Positions 46,312 to 56,139 of a stretch of 64,000 bases of DNA are shown here, piece by piece. Position 1 is the stretch's first letter, and each line of letters starts with the position of its first letter. Position numbers and translations under genes: made by a program. Below the pieces are notes generated by a model. It was not told the DNA's origin and did no database searches. It saw only the letters and a list, made by a program, of their open reading frames with translations. Source of the DNA: Minisyncoccota bacterium (GTDB lineage: Bacteria; Patescibacteriota; Minisyncoccia; Phycocordibacterales; UBA9973); assembly GCA_031973235.1 (NCBI GenBank), contig DALYDM010000001.1:16129-80128 (forward strand), given 5' to 3'.

Positions 46312-46575
46312 ATGGAACAAATGCCTCCAAATGAAAAACCTCGAAAAAGAAACGGATATGAATATACAGATTTTGATCTTGAAGAGTTCAAGAACCTAAA
46401 AACTGGATTGCAGATTGAGTTCATACGAGATGGTCATGTATTGAATGGAATAATTACTGATATTATCTCAATAAATGATATCAAGGTTTCAACCGGAGAA
46501 ACAAACGAAACGTATTCGTATGGAGTTACAACAACTCTGGCATTCGAAGATATTAAATATATAGGAAAGGAATAA
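46312..46575 (+). CDS. hypothetical small protein
   Basis: 87 aa, no motifs; stop abuts the rpiB start. Confidence 0.3.
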   Translation: MEQMPPNEKPRKRNGYEYTDFDLEEFKNLKTGLQIEFIRDGHVLNGIITDIISINDIKVSTGETNETYSYGVTTTLAFEDIKYIGKE

Positions 46576-46577
46576 TT

Positions 46578-47018
46578 ATGAAAATTTATCTCGGTACAGA
46601 TCATGCAGGTTTTGACCTCAAAGAAAAAGTAAAAGACCAACTCATTCTCGATGGATATGAGGTTGTTGATCTTGGTGCGAGTACTCTTGATATGGATGAT
46701 GATTATCCCGATTTTATTCGTCCAGTAGCTGAAGCAGTGTCAGGAGATTTTGAAGCGAAAGGAATTATTTTTGGAGCAAGTGGGCAAGGAGAAGCAATTG
46801 TCGCGAACCGTGTGGCAAAAGTCCGAGCGGTAGTTTACTATGGAGGAAATATCGACATCATCCGTCTTTCACGCGAACACAATGATGCAAATATTCTTTC
46901 TCTTGGCGCACGCATGATGCCCGAAGATGAAGCACTTTACTCAATCAAAATGTGGCTCGAGACTCCGTTCACAGAAGAAGAACGACATGTTCGCAGACTT
47001 GGAAAGATTGATATGTAA
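46578..47018 (+). CDS. rpiB: ribose-5-phosphate isomerase B
   Basis: KIYLGTDHAGFDLKE...GIIFGASGQGEAIVANRV...LGAR. Confidence 0.9.
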   Translation: MKIYLGTDHAGFDLKEKVKDQLILDGYEVVDLGASTLDMDDDYPDFIRPVAEAVSGDFEAKGIIFGASGQGEAIVANRVAKVRAVVYYGGNIDIIRLSREHNDANILSLGARMMPEDEALYSIKMWLETPFTEEERHVRRLGKIDM

Positions 47019-47046
47019 TCAACACCCCGTTAATTTGAATAACACA

Positions 47047-47727
47047 ATGGAAATCATACCAGCAATAATGCCACAATCACTATACGAAATAGAGCAAAAA
47101 GTCACACCAATGGTGGGGCGGGTTGATACTATTCAGCTTGATATTATGGATGGTGTATTTACGAAGCGTTCTACTTGGCCGTACATTGCAGAGGATGCAT
47201 CATTTGATGCGATAGAAAACGAAGAAGAAGGAATGCCATTTTGGGACAAGGTAAATTATGAGCTTGATCTCATGATTTCAAATCCTGAAGAAAAGTTTCT
47301 CCGCCTCGTACAGATTGGTCCTTCAAGAATCATTTTTCATATTGAATCACTTTCAAATCCTGTCGCTTTTTTTGAATCCCTTGATCAATACTACAAAGAT
47401 ACAATTGAGTTTGGTATCGCACTCAATACTACAACAGACATAAGTAGTGTATTTCCGCTCATTGACGCAGGTCATGTGAAATTTGTTCAATGTATGGGAA
47501 TTGAAAAAATAGGTTATCAAGGGAATCCTTTTGACGAAAGAGTGTTTGATTATATTTCTGCACTTAGAGAAAAATACAAAGAACTTACAATCTCTGTCGA
47601 TGGATCAGTAAATCAAGATACCGCATGGAGACTTCTTGATGCAGGAGTGGATAGACTCGTCATTGGTTCAGCAATTTACAATTCTGATAATCCGATTGGT
47701 GAACTTGATTTCTTCAAATCACTTTAG
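47047..47727 (+). CDS. rpe: ribulose-phosphate 3-epimerase
   Basis: IIPAIMP...LDIMDGVFT...FHIES...VDGSVN...VIGSAIY; start at internal ATG 47047. Confidence 0.85.
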   Translation: MEIIPAIMPQSLYEIEQKVTPMVGRVDTIQLDIMDGVFTKRSTWPYIAEDASFDAIENEEEGMPFWDKVNYELDLMISNPEEKFLRLVQIGPSRIIFHIESLSNPVAFFESLDQYYKDTIEFGIALNTTTDISSVFPLIDAGHVKFVQCMGIEKIGYQGNPFDERVFDYISALREKYKELTISVDGSVNQDTAWRLLDAGVDRLVIGSAIYNSDNPIGELDFFKSL

Positions 47728-47762
47728 ATTTTTTTAAAGTGTGCGATAATAATTATATAGTT

Positions 47763-48632
47763 ATGTCGACACTTACAGATTCAAAAATAATTGAACTTCG
47801 AAAAACTGCGAATGATATTCGTGAGTCTATTATTTCTATGCTTGTAGAAGCGGGAAGTGGTCATACTGCTGGCCCACTAGGTATGGCTGACATATTTGCG
47901 TTGCTTTATTTTCATATTCTTCGCCATGATCCAAAGAATCCTACATGGGCAGAACGCGATCGACTAGTACTTTCAAATGGACATATTTGTCCTGTGATGT
48001 ATGCGACCATGGCCCATGCAGGATATATTCCGATTGAAGAATTAAAGACATTAAGAAAATTTGGTTCACGACTTCAAGGTCATCCACATAGAGAATTCAT
48101 GACATGGCTTGAGACAAGCTCAGGACCACTTGGTTCAGGACTTTCACAGGCAGTAGGAATGGCACTTGCAATACGTATAGATGAAGGTCTTCAGTCTGAC
48201 AAGTATGTGTACTGTATGCTTGGTGACGGAGAGCTTGATGAAGGAAACAATTGGGAAGCGATCATGCTGGGAGGTAAAGAAAAACTGCGAAATGTCATCG
48301 CAATCATTGATAGAAATAATATTCAAATCGATGGCTATACCGAAAACATAATGCCACTCGAGTCACTCAAAGAAAAATGGGAAGCATTCAACTGGCATGT
48401 ACAGGAAGTAGATGGACACAACTTTGAAGCAGTGAATACCGCGATAATGCAAGCAAAGGCAGTTTTTGAAAAGCCGTCAGTGATTATCGCCCGAACAATT
48501 CCCGGAAAAGGCGTGAGAGAATTTGAAAGAGATTATACATGGCACGGAAAGCCTCCAAACAAAGAGGAAGCCGAAATGGCACTTAAAGAATTAAGAACTT
48601 TAGGCGGACAGATTATTAGTGAACATCAATAA
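47763..48632 (+). CDS. tkt: transketolase, N-terminal (TPP-binding) subunit
   Basis: GSGHTAGPLGMADIF...SNGHICPVMYA...GPLGSGLSQAVGMA...GDGELDEGNNWEA. Confidence 0.88.
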   Translation: MSTLTDSKIIELRKTANDIRESIISMLVEAGSGHTAGPLGMADIFALLYFHILRHDPKNPTWAERDRLVLSNGHICPVMYATMAHAGYIPIEELKTLRKFGSRLQGHPHREFMTWLETSSGPLGSGLSQAVGMALAIRIDEGLQSDKYVYCMLGDGELDEGNNWEAIMLGGKEKLRNVIAIIDRNNIQIDGYTENIMPLESLKEKWEAFNWHVQEVDGHNFEAVNTAIMQAKAVFEKPSVIIARTIPGKGVREFERDYTWHGKPPNKEEAEMALKELRTLGGQIISEHQ

Positions 48633-48639
48633 CAATTTT

Positions 48640-48864
48640 ATGGAAATTAAAAAGGGAATTTATAAGCACTCAAAAACAGGTAATTTATACAAAGTGCATT
48701 TTGTCGCAAAACATTCAGAGACTCTTGAGGACATGGTTGTGTACGAGTGTCTCTATGAAAATGAAAAATCAAAGTTTTGGGTACGCCCAGTTTCAATGTT
48801 TTTGGAATTAGTAACAATAAATGAAGTTGAAGTTCCACGCTTTCAATTTCAAAGTGAAGAATAA
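48640..48864 (+). CDS. DUF1653 domain protein
   Basis: GIYKHSKTGNLYKVHFVAKHSETLEDMVVYECLYENEKSKFWVRPVSMF; sits between the tkt N- and C-subunit genes. Confidence 0.6.
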   Translation: MEIKKGIYKHSKTGNLYKVHFVAKHSETLEDMVVYECLYENEKSKFWVRPVSMFLELVTINEVEVPRFQFQSEE

Positions 48865-48866
48865 TT

Positions 48867-49061
48867 ATGAAAAGTTTTGTTGTAACAATATTAATACTCG
48901 CAATCGTTGCAGGGCTATATTATTTCATTCAATCTGCAAAGAATGATGTTGTTGATGCTGATATGCAATTTGCATGCAACGAAAAACTTGCAACAATGCG
49001 TTTTGCGAGTGAAGAAGCACGAGATACATTTTATCAAAATTGTTTGAAAGGAATTAACTAA
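48867..49061 (+). CDS. small membrane-anchored protein (hypothetical)
   Basis: 64 aa, N-terminal TM. Confidence 0.3.
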   Translation: MKSFVVTILILAIVAGLYYFIQSAKNDVVDADMQFACNEKLATMRFASEEARDTFYQNCLKGIN

Positions 49062-49067
49062 GTCTTC

Positions 49068-50069
49068 ATGCTCAACCCCGAACTTAAACTCAATACTCAA
49101 GTATTCAACACAGATGTTGAACAAGTACCCATTCGAAAAGGTTTCGGACAAGGGCTTTTGAAGGCGGGTGAACAAGACAAAGGTATTGTCGCACTATGTG
49201 CTGACCTTACTGAATCTACACAAATGCATTTTTTTAAAGAGAGGTTTCCGGAGCGATTTATCGAAATTGGTGTTGCTGAGCAAAACCTCGTGACAGTCGC
49301 AAGTGGAATGGCTGCAATGGGTAAGTATCCATTTGTTTCGTCGTATGCAATGTTTTCTCCAGGAAGAAACTGGGAGCAAATCCGTACGACTATTTGTTAC
49401 AACGATAGAGGTGTGGTAATCGTAGGCAGTCATGCTGGAATATCTGTGGGGCCAGACGGTGGAACGCACCAGGCAATCGAAGATATCGCACTTATGCGAG
49501 TGCTTCCAAATATGATTGTGCTTTCGCCATGCGACGCCATAGAAGCAAAGAAGGCTACACTCGCGCTTGCTCAAATAAAAAAGCCTGCCTACCTACGACT
49601 TGCCCGCGAGAAAACTCCAATCATCACCACTGAAGAAACTCCGTTTGAAATTGGAAAAGGAAATATTGTATGGCAACCAGAACATGGAATCGCACAGGTC
49701 GGAATCATTGTTACTGGCGCGTTAACACACAAAGCTTTACTTGTTGCAAAAGAAATCGAAGCGAATGGAATTAAAATAAAAATTTTAAATATTCATACAA
49801 TAAAGCCACTTGATAAAGATGCAGTAGAAAAACTCGCACGCGAAACACATGCACTTGTCACGGTAGAAGAACATCAAATCATAGGCGGACTTGGAAGTGC
49901 TGTTGCGGAACATCTTGCAAGTGTATATCCTGTGCCGATTGAATTTGTCGGAGTGAAAGATAAGTTTGGACAATCAGGAACACCTGGCGAACTAATAGAG
50001 TATTACGAGATGGGAGAGAAAAACATTAAGGAAGCTATTGAAAAGGTTTTGAAAAGGAAAGTAAATTAA
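49068..50069 (+). CDS. tkt: transketolase, C-terminal subunit
   Basis: FIEIGVAEQNLV...HAGISVGPDGGTHQAIEDIALMRVLPNM. Confidence 0.88.
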   Translation: MLNPELKLNTQVFNTDVEQVPIRKGFGQGLLKAGEQDKGIVALCADLTESTQMHFFKERFPERFIEIGVAEQNLVTVASGMAAMGKYPFVSSYAMFSPGRNWEQIRTTICYNDRGVVIVGSHAGISVGPDGGTHQAIEDIALMRVLPNMIVLSPCDAIEAKKATLALAQIKKPAYLRLAREKTPIITTEETPFEIGKGNIVWQPEHGIAQVGIIVTGALTHKALLVAKEIEANGIKIKILNIHTIKPLDKDAVEKLARETHALVTVEEHQIIGGLGSAVAEHLASVYPVPIEFVGVKDKFGQSGTPGELIEYYEMGEKNIKEAIEKVLKRKVN

Positions 50070-50088
50070 TTAATTCTCAATACATTTG

Positions 50089-50118
50089 ACTACCACAAGT
50101 AAGTGGTAGTTTTGACAT
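50089..50118 (+). terminator. rho-independent terminator
   Basis: ctaccac-aagtaa-gtggtag followed by ttttgacatttt. Confidence 0.7.
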
Positions 50119-50157
50119 TTTGAAATAATACATGTATTATTTCAAAAAAAACGTAAC

Positions 50158-50793
50158 ATGACACAAGAAAATGCCCACACAGAAAATCAGTTTGAAGTTG
50201 AGAAAAAACTTCAACTAACCATGATTCAGTCAGTAAAACTTATTGAAAGTTTCGATTTGATTAAGCAAATCCAATTATCAGATACGTACTGGAAAGATAG
50301 CGGACTACATCTTCCACTGCGTGATCGGTGGCTTAGAAAAAGAGGAGATAACTGGGAACTGAAGAACCCAGTATCAAGTTTTGACGCAACCACAAGAACC
50401 ACTGATAAGTATAATGAAATTACCGACACTGAAGATATCAAGCAAATCCTTGGTGTGATGGGTGTTTCAGGTGATTTTGAGCAAGATTTAAGAGAGTTTG
50501 AATATTCTCCTTGGTTTACAATTTCTTCTGTAAGAAACATCTGCAACTCGAAAAGATTTCCAGGTATTACAATTGTTCACGATGTAACAGATTTTGACTA
50601 TGTTATCTGGGAAGTTGAAAAATGCGTAGAGAAGCAGGAAGATGTGTCTGCTGCTGAAGATGAAATTATCAAATTTATTTCCAATAAAGGAATCACACTT
50701 CAGGGATATGTTCGCGGGAAGGTCCATGAGTACTTGTATCGATATAAAAACGAAGAATTTCAAGAACTTGCACGTGCAGGTATTATGAAATAA
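50158..50793 (+). CDS. CYTH-domain protein (class IV adenylyl cyclase / triphosphatase fold)
   Basis: N-terminal FEVEKK is the ExExK CYTH signature; 211 aa; terminator 50796-50824 (aaaacgccggtactgccggcgtttttt). Confidence 0.5.
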   Translation: MTQENAHTENQFEVEKKLQLTMIQSVKLIESFDLIKQIQLSDTYWKDSGLHLPLRDRWLRKRGDNWELKNPVSSFDATTRTTDKYNEITDTEDIKQILGVMGVSGDFEQDLREFEYSPWFTISSVRNICNSKRFPGITIVHDVTDFDYVIWEVEKCVEKQEDVSAAEDEIIKFISNKGITLQGYVRGKVHEYLYRYKNEEFQELARAGIMK

Positions 50794-50820
50794 GCAAAAC
50801 GCCGGTACTGCCGGCGTTTT

Positions 50821-51273
50821 TTAATTTTCTCGAGGGGATTCACTCAAAATAATTTTTCTCTCCAATTTTTCATTTGAATCAAGCAGCTGACTTCTTAGGT
50901 AGTGAATTTCATTGTAATGATCAATATAACTTTGGTCGTTTTTTCTGTCTGAACGTTCTGCAAAAGCTAATTTTTCATCTAGATTGTCTCTGTTGTGTCC
51001 ATATTGATTTATTAATTCTGATTCAATCTCTGAAATTCTTCTATTGTTGAGTTCTATATTTTGTCTGATTTTGATTTTATTAAATTCTGAAATTCCTTCC
51101 ATTTGTCCTGCTTGGGCAGAATTCTTGTTGTCCTCATTTATAAGTGCAGCGTTAAATTTTGCATTTTCACGTTCAATTTCATTGTATGCAAAACCAGCAT
51201 TAATATTATCTTTAAAAATTTTCTCTTCTTCATTTTCTGATGCTGGTTTTGGAATAAATTCAGGTGTTAACAT
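50821..51273 (-). CDS. hypothetical protein
   Basis: Start chosen at MLTPEF to avoid overlap with the downstream pfkB-family gene; no motifs. Confidence 0.3.
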   Translation of the reverse strand: MLTPEFIPKPASENEEEKIFKDNINAGFAYNEIERENAKFNAALINEDNKNSAQAGQMEGISEFNKIKIRQNIELNNRRISEIESELINQYGHNRDNLDEKLAFAERSDRKNDQSYIDHYNEIHYLRSQLLDSNEKLERKIILSESPREN

Positions 51274-51280
51274 ATATGTA

Positions 51281-52297
51281 TTATGCGAGTTGCTTAATCT
51301 TATAATTTTCAGGCGCTTTTGAAAGAAATTCTTCAAGTTTTGCGCGAGGTAAAAGTCCTTTTTGTGCTCCTACGTATTGCACGACAGACATCGAATTGAT
51401 CGGTGCCCAACGTAGGGCTTCCTCAAGTGATTTTCCAAGTGCAAGTGCAGATACTATTGTTGACGCATATGCGTCTCCTGCGCCTGTGCGCTCAAAAGGT
51501 GTATGTGGGTAGACAGGCATAAACCACGCATGTACTCCATCATGAGCATATGCGCCATTGATACCATCAGTGAGTACTACTTTTTTTGGACCAAGTGCCA
51601 TAAGTGCTTTCATGAGTTCAAGTGGTTCACGTGATTCAACTTTCAAAATTCTTTGCGCTTCTTCAACATTGCAGAAAAATATTTCTGTACATTCATAAAC
51701 AGGCTTAAGTGCATCGACTCCAAGCTTCATTTGAAAAGTTCCTGGCTGAAATGCGAGTTTTGTTTCTGGGTGAGCTTTGACGAAGTCTGCAATCACTTTA
51801 TGAAAATCTTTTGAGTTTTCTCCCATCGAGGTAAGATAAATCCATTTTGGTGCAACAAAGTTTTTTGGAAGAGAATAGGGAAATGGTGCATGTTTGACCA
51901 AAATTGTACGCTCAACATCATACCAAAGTACATAGTGATAGTTTGTTGGATAGTCATTGTTTGTTGACATGTAGTCGATTGAAACATTGTTCTTTGCAAG
52001 TTCATCTAGACATTCTTTACCGTTTTGATCATTTCCAACAGTAGAGAGAAGTGCTGAAGAAAGACCAAGACGAGACGCGCTCACGGCTGCATTTGCACAA
52101 TTTCCAACTGCTTTGACTACCTCAACTGATTCGAAAGGAACTTTATCTCCAAATCGAACACAAAGCTCGCAATCTTCTTGATTGATTTTGCAGTGAACAT
52201 TTGCATCTTTGAGTTTGATAAATGCATCTGTGACAATATCACCGATGGCAACCATGTCATATTTTTTGTTTGAAGAAAATAAATTAAATAGACTCAT
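51281..52297 (-). CDS. PfkB-family carbohydrate/nucleoside kinase
   Basis: N-terminal VAIGDIVTD, an NxxE region and the C-terminal TGAGDAYAST PfkB signature. Confidence 0.8.
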   Translation of the reverse strand: MSLFNLFSSNKKYDMVAIGDIVTDAFIKLKDANVHCKINQEDCELCVRFGDKVPFESVEVVKAVGNCANAAVSASRLGLSSALLSTVGNDQNGKECLDELAKNNVSIDYMSTNNDYPTNYHYVLWYDVERTILVKHAPFPYSLPKNFVAPKWIYLTSMGENSKDFHKVIADFVKAHPETKLAFQPGTFQMKLGVDALKPVYECTEIFFCNVEEAQRILKVESREPLELMKALMALGPKKVVLTDGINGAYAHDGVHAWFMPVYPHTPFERTGAGDAYASTIVSALALGKSLEEALRWAPINSMSVVQYVGAQKGLLPRAKLEEFLSKAPENYKIKQLA

Positions 52298-52397
52298 AGA
52301 AAGTGATTATCTTGACTAAGTGCTCGAAAAGTTTCGAGACGAAAAACTCACATGTTTTTCACATTGATTGTACCATAGTTTGATATACTAAAACTAT

Positions 52398-53267
52398 ATG
52401 AAAACATTGAGAGATTATATTTCAGATTTTGGTAAAGATGGACGAGCGATTGGGCATTTTAATATTTCTAGCCTTGATGCACTGTGGGGAATTTTTAATG
52501 CAGCACGGAGTTTTGACTTGCCTGTGATCATTGGCGTATCTGAAGGTGAAGAGGATTTTGTGGGAACTGAACAAGCAGTGGCATTGGTCAGAAGTCTAAG
52601 AGAAACATACAACTATCCTATTTTCTTGAACGCTGATCATCACTACAGTTTTGAGCGAGTTAAAAAGGCGATTGATGCAGGATTCGATGCGGTTATTGTT
52701 GACGCGGTCAAGCTTCCGTTGGATGAGAATATTGCACTTACAAAAAAGTGTGTAGAGTATGCTCGTGAAGTTTCAAAAAATACTGGACGAGATATTTTGG
52801 TTGAAGCAGAACTTGGATTCATAGGTCAGTCGTCAAAAATTCTCGATGAAATTCCTGATGGTGTTAGTGAAGAGAGCATGACAACTCCAGAGGATGCAAA
52901 AGCTTTTGTAGAAGCAACAGGTGTAGATTTACTCGCGCCATCGGTTGGTAATGTTCACGGAATGGTTCGTGGTGGCAACCCAAGACTTCACCCAGAGAGG
53001 GTCAAAGCTATTCGCGATGCGTGTGGGGTACCTCTTGTGCTTCATGGTGGATCAGGAACAATGAATGAAGATTTTGTTGAATGTATTAAAAATGGTATTG
53101 ATATCGTGCACATTAATACTGAAATCCGTGTTGCGTACCGCGACGCAGTGAAGAAATCATTTATAGAAAATCCGGATGAAGTTGCACCGTATAAATTTCT
53201 CAAACCTGGAATGCTTGCAGTGCAGAAGGTTGTTGAAGAAAGAATTAAATTATTTGCACGTAATTAA
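52398..53267 (+). CDS. fba: class II fructose-bisphosphate aldolase
   Basis: AIGHFN...DHH...EAELGFIGQ...GNVHG...LHGGSG. Confidence 0.88.
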   Translation: MKTLRDYISDFGKDGRAIGHFNISSLDALWGIFNAARSFDLPVIIGVSEGEEDFVGTEQAVALVRSLRETYNYPIFLNADHHYSFERVKKAIDAGFDAVIVDAVKLPLDENIALTKKCVEYAREVSKNTGRDILVEAELGFIGQSSKILDEIPDGVSEESMTTPEDAKAFVEATGVDLLAPSVGNVHGMVRGGNPRLHPERVKAIRDACGVPLVLHGGSGTMNEDFVECIKNGIDIVHINTEIRVAYRDAVKKSFIENPDEVAPYKFLKPGMLAVQKVVEERIKLFARN

Positions 53268-53286
53268 TTAATATAATTCCAATTTC

Positions 53287-55026
53287 ATGATTGATTTCAA
53301 AAAAGACCTTTCGTTTATAAAAGGTGAAGTGGATGTATCCTCGGCAACAAAAGATGCGTATTCACATGACGCAAGTGTTTTTGAAATCCGACCACAAGTA
53401 GTAGTGTTCCCAAAAGACAAAGAAGATATCTCAAATCTCGTAAAATGGGTCAATGATCACAAAAAAGAAGATCCAACTCTTTCAATCACAATGCGAGCAG
53501 CAGGTACATGTATGTCTGGTGGATCGATCAATGATTCAATCATTGTCGACACGACAAAGTTTATGAATCAGGTTGTATCAATTCGTAAATCTTTACCGTT
53601 CACTATTCTTCCGCATTTTTATGGTGCAAAAGAAGTGGTGTGTACAGGTGAGGCGATAGTACAGCCTGGTGTGATGTATCGTGATTTTGAAAAACAAGCA
53701 GAACAAGCCGGTCTTCTTTTGCCATGTTATACCGCATCAAAATCCATCAATGCGCTCGGTGGAATGGTAGGAAATAATTCTGGTGGAGAGCTCACACTTC
53801 GATATGGAAAAATGGAAGATTATGTCACTGAGTTAAAAGTGATATTGAAAGATGGTCATGAATATACAGTGAGACCACTTACTCGTCGTGAACTTTATTC
53901 AAAGATTGCACAAGTTGATTTTGAAGGTCAGCTATATAAAACTATTTATAATTTGATTAAAGATAATGAGTCACTAATACGTGCTGCAAAACCAAGAGTT
54001 TCAAAAAATGCCGCAGGGTATAATCTTTGGAATGCACTTAAAATGGACGCACAAGGTGAGGATGTGTTTGATCTCTCTCAAATACTCATTGGTGCTCAAG
54101 GCACCCTCGGACTTGTAACAGAGATGAAGCTCGCGCTCGTCGAACCAAGAAAAGCTTCGTCGCTTGTTGTAATCATGATGAACTCACTCGACAATCTTGG
54201 TGAGCTGGTTCATGAAATCTCGAAGACACATCCAGAAAGTATTGAATCATATGATGACAAGACTTTTAAACTCGCGATGAAATTTTTTAAAGATTTCGTA
54301 AAGTCAAAAGGATTTTGGGGGACATTCAAATTTGCAACACAGTTTGTACCAGAATTTTTCATGATGATTACAGGGGGAGTTCCAAAACTCATACTTCTTG
54401 TTGAATACTGGGCAGATTCAGAAATCAATGCGAAAAGGCGAAGTGCTGAATTACTTCCACTCATAAATAAATTCGGCCATACAGTGCGAGTAACCGAAGA
54501 TGAAACCGAGGCAAAAAAATATTGGGATATGCGTCGAGATAGTTTTGCACTTCTTCGCAAGCATGTACAAGGCAAACGTACTGCGCCATTTATTGATGAT
54601 ATTATTGTTCGCCCAGAATTTCTTCCTGAGTTTTTACCAAAGCTCAATGAATTGTTCAAAGAGTATCCAGAGCTTATTTATACGATTGCTGGACATGCTG
54701 GAAATGGAAATTTCCACATAATTCCACTAATGGATTTCAACAATCCAAAAACATCAGAAATAATTTTGGATCTCTCAGAAAAAGTATACGATTTGGTAAT
54801 TAAATACGAAGGTTCAATAGACGCAGAGCATAATGACGGGATTATCCGCACACCGTTTTTGACACAAATGTTTGGTGAGCAGGTGGTAGAACTTTTCAAG
54901 ATTACAAAACAAACATTTGACCCACAAAATATTTTTAATCCAAAAAAGAAAGTCGGTGCGACAAAAGAAGATATTAAGAAATATCTCATAAAGCCGGATC
55001 ATCCGAGCCAAGTTCACTCAAGTTAG
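53287..55026 (+). CDS. FAD-binding oxidoreductase (FAD_binding_4; GlcD/AGPS-like)
   Basis: 579 aa with an N-terminal FAD-binding PCMH domain (RAAGTCMSGGSINDSIIVD) and a C-terminal FAD-oxidase domain. Confidence 0.65.
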   Translation: MIDFKKDLSFIKGEVDVSSATKDAYSHDASVFEIRPQVVVFPKDKEDISNLVKWVNDHKKEDPTLSITMRAAGTCMSGGSINDSIIVDTTKFMNQVVSIRKSLPFTILPHFYGAKEVVCTGEAIVQPGVMYRDFEKQAEQAGLLLPCYTASKSINALGGMVGNNSGGELTLRYGKMEDYVTELKVILKDGHEYTVRPLTRRELYSKIAQVDFEGQLYKTIYNLIKDNESLIRAAKPRVSKNAAGYNLWNALKMDAQGEDVFDLSQILIGAQGTLGLVTEMKLALVEPRKASSLVVIMMNSLDNLGELVHEISKTHPESIESYDDKTFKLAMKFFKDFVKSKGFWGTFKFATQFVPEFFMMITGGVPKLILLVEYWADSEINAKRRSAELLPLINKFGHTVRVTEDETEAKKYWDMRRDSFALLRKHVQGKRTAPFIDDIIVRPEFLPEFLPKLNELFKEYPELIYTIAGHAGNGNFHIIPLMDFNNPKTSEIILDLSEKVYDLVIKYEGSIDAEHNDGIIRTPFLTQMFGEQVVELFKITKQTFDPQNIFNPKKKVGATKEDIKKYLIKPDHPSQVHSS

Positions 55027-55119
55027 GCATTTTAACTGTAGGGATGTACTTAATCACGTAAGTGAAATATTGCTACTTGACTTTTTTGCATTTATTGCTA
55101 TAATATTAAAAAATAGAAT

Positions 55120-55380
55120 ATGAGAAAACTGTGTTTAATATTGATTGTAGCGCTATTGGGGTCTTGCACTGAGAATAAACGCGCTAAATACTATGGAGGA
55201 AATGCAAAAATTAGTCTTCCAAAAGGAAAAAAATTAGTAAATATTACATGGAAAGATGAACAGTTGTGGTACTTAACTCGAACAATGCTAAGCACTGAGC
55301 AACCTGATACACTCTACTTTCAAGTGGAAAGCAGCTTAGGTTTGGTTGAAGGGACTGTTATTCTATATGAAAGTAAATAG
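55120..55380 (+). CDS. small lipoprotein
   Basis: Signal peptide with lipobox LLGSC; 86 aa; terminator 55391-55417. Confidence 0.5.
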   Translation: MRKLCLILIVALLGSCTENKRAKYYGGNAKISLPKGKKLVNITWKDEQLWYLTRTMLSTEQPDTLYFQVESSLGLVEGTVILYESK

Positions 55381-55433
55381 TTTGTGATTCAAAGAGGCTT
55401 TACAAAGCCTCTTTTTTGTATATAATGTTGTTT

Positions 55434-56075
55434 ATGTTTACACTAAATGCAGAAAAACGAGAGAAGAACGAATCTCTCCAAAATATTCGAAAAACAGGGA
55501 AGATTCCGGCGGTTTTTTATGGTAACAACAAACCTACGACTTCCATCTCTGTTCCAAGTAAAGAATTTATTAAAATATGGAATGAAGCAGGAGAATCTTC
55601 GACAATAAGTCTTAAAACTTCTGAAGGTGTGCTCGATGTTCTTATTCAAGAAATTCAAAAGGATCCAGTAACAGGAGTACCTGTACATGCAGACTTTATT
55701 GTAGTTGACATGAACAAAGAAATCGAAGTTTCAGTAGGACTGGAATTCACAGGTGAATCACCTGCAGAAAAAGGTGGACGTGGTGTGCTTGTAAAAGCAC
55801 TTCATGAAGTGCACGTAAAAGCGCTTCCAAAAGACCTTCCTCACACTATTGAAGTCGATTTGTCATCACTTGAAAATGTTGATGATCACATTACTCTCAA
55901 GGACATCAAACTTCCAAAAGGAGTTGTACTTGTAGGAGAAATGGATGAAGTTGTCGCATCTGTGACACACATCAAAGAAGAAAAAGAAGAAGAAACACCT
56001 GCAGTTGACCTCTCATCAATCGAAGTTGAAAAGAAAGGTAAACAAGAAGAAGAATCAGCAGAAGCAGCAGAGTAG
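55434..56075 (+). CDS. rplY: 50S ribosomal protein L25 (Ctc form)
   Basis: LNAEKREKNESLQNIRKTGKIPAVFYG... plus an acidic C-terminal extension. Confidence 0.85.
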   Translation: MFTLNAEKREKNESLQNIRKTGKIPAVFYGNNKPTTSISVPSKEFIKIWNEAGESSTISLKTSEGVLDVLIQEIQKDPVTGVPVHADFIVVDMNKEIEVSVGLEFTGESPAEKGGRGVLVKALHEVHVKALPKDLPHTIEVDLSSLENVDDHITLKDIKLPKGVVLVGEMDEVVASVTHIKEEKEEETPAVDLSSIEVEKKGKQEEESAEAAE

Positions 56076-56139
56076 GCAACTACTCTGTTTTTCTTTTGGT
56101 GGAATATGTGGTCACAGATACTTTTGATTTGCGTTATAT

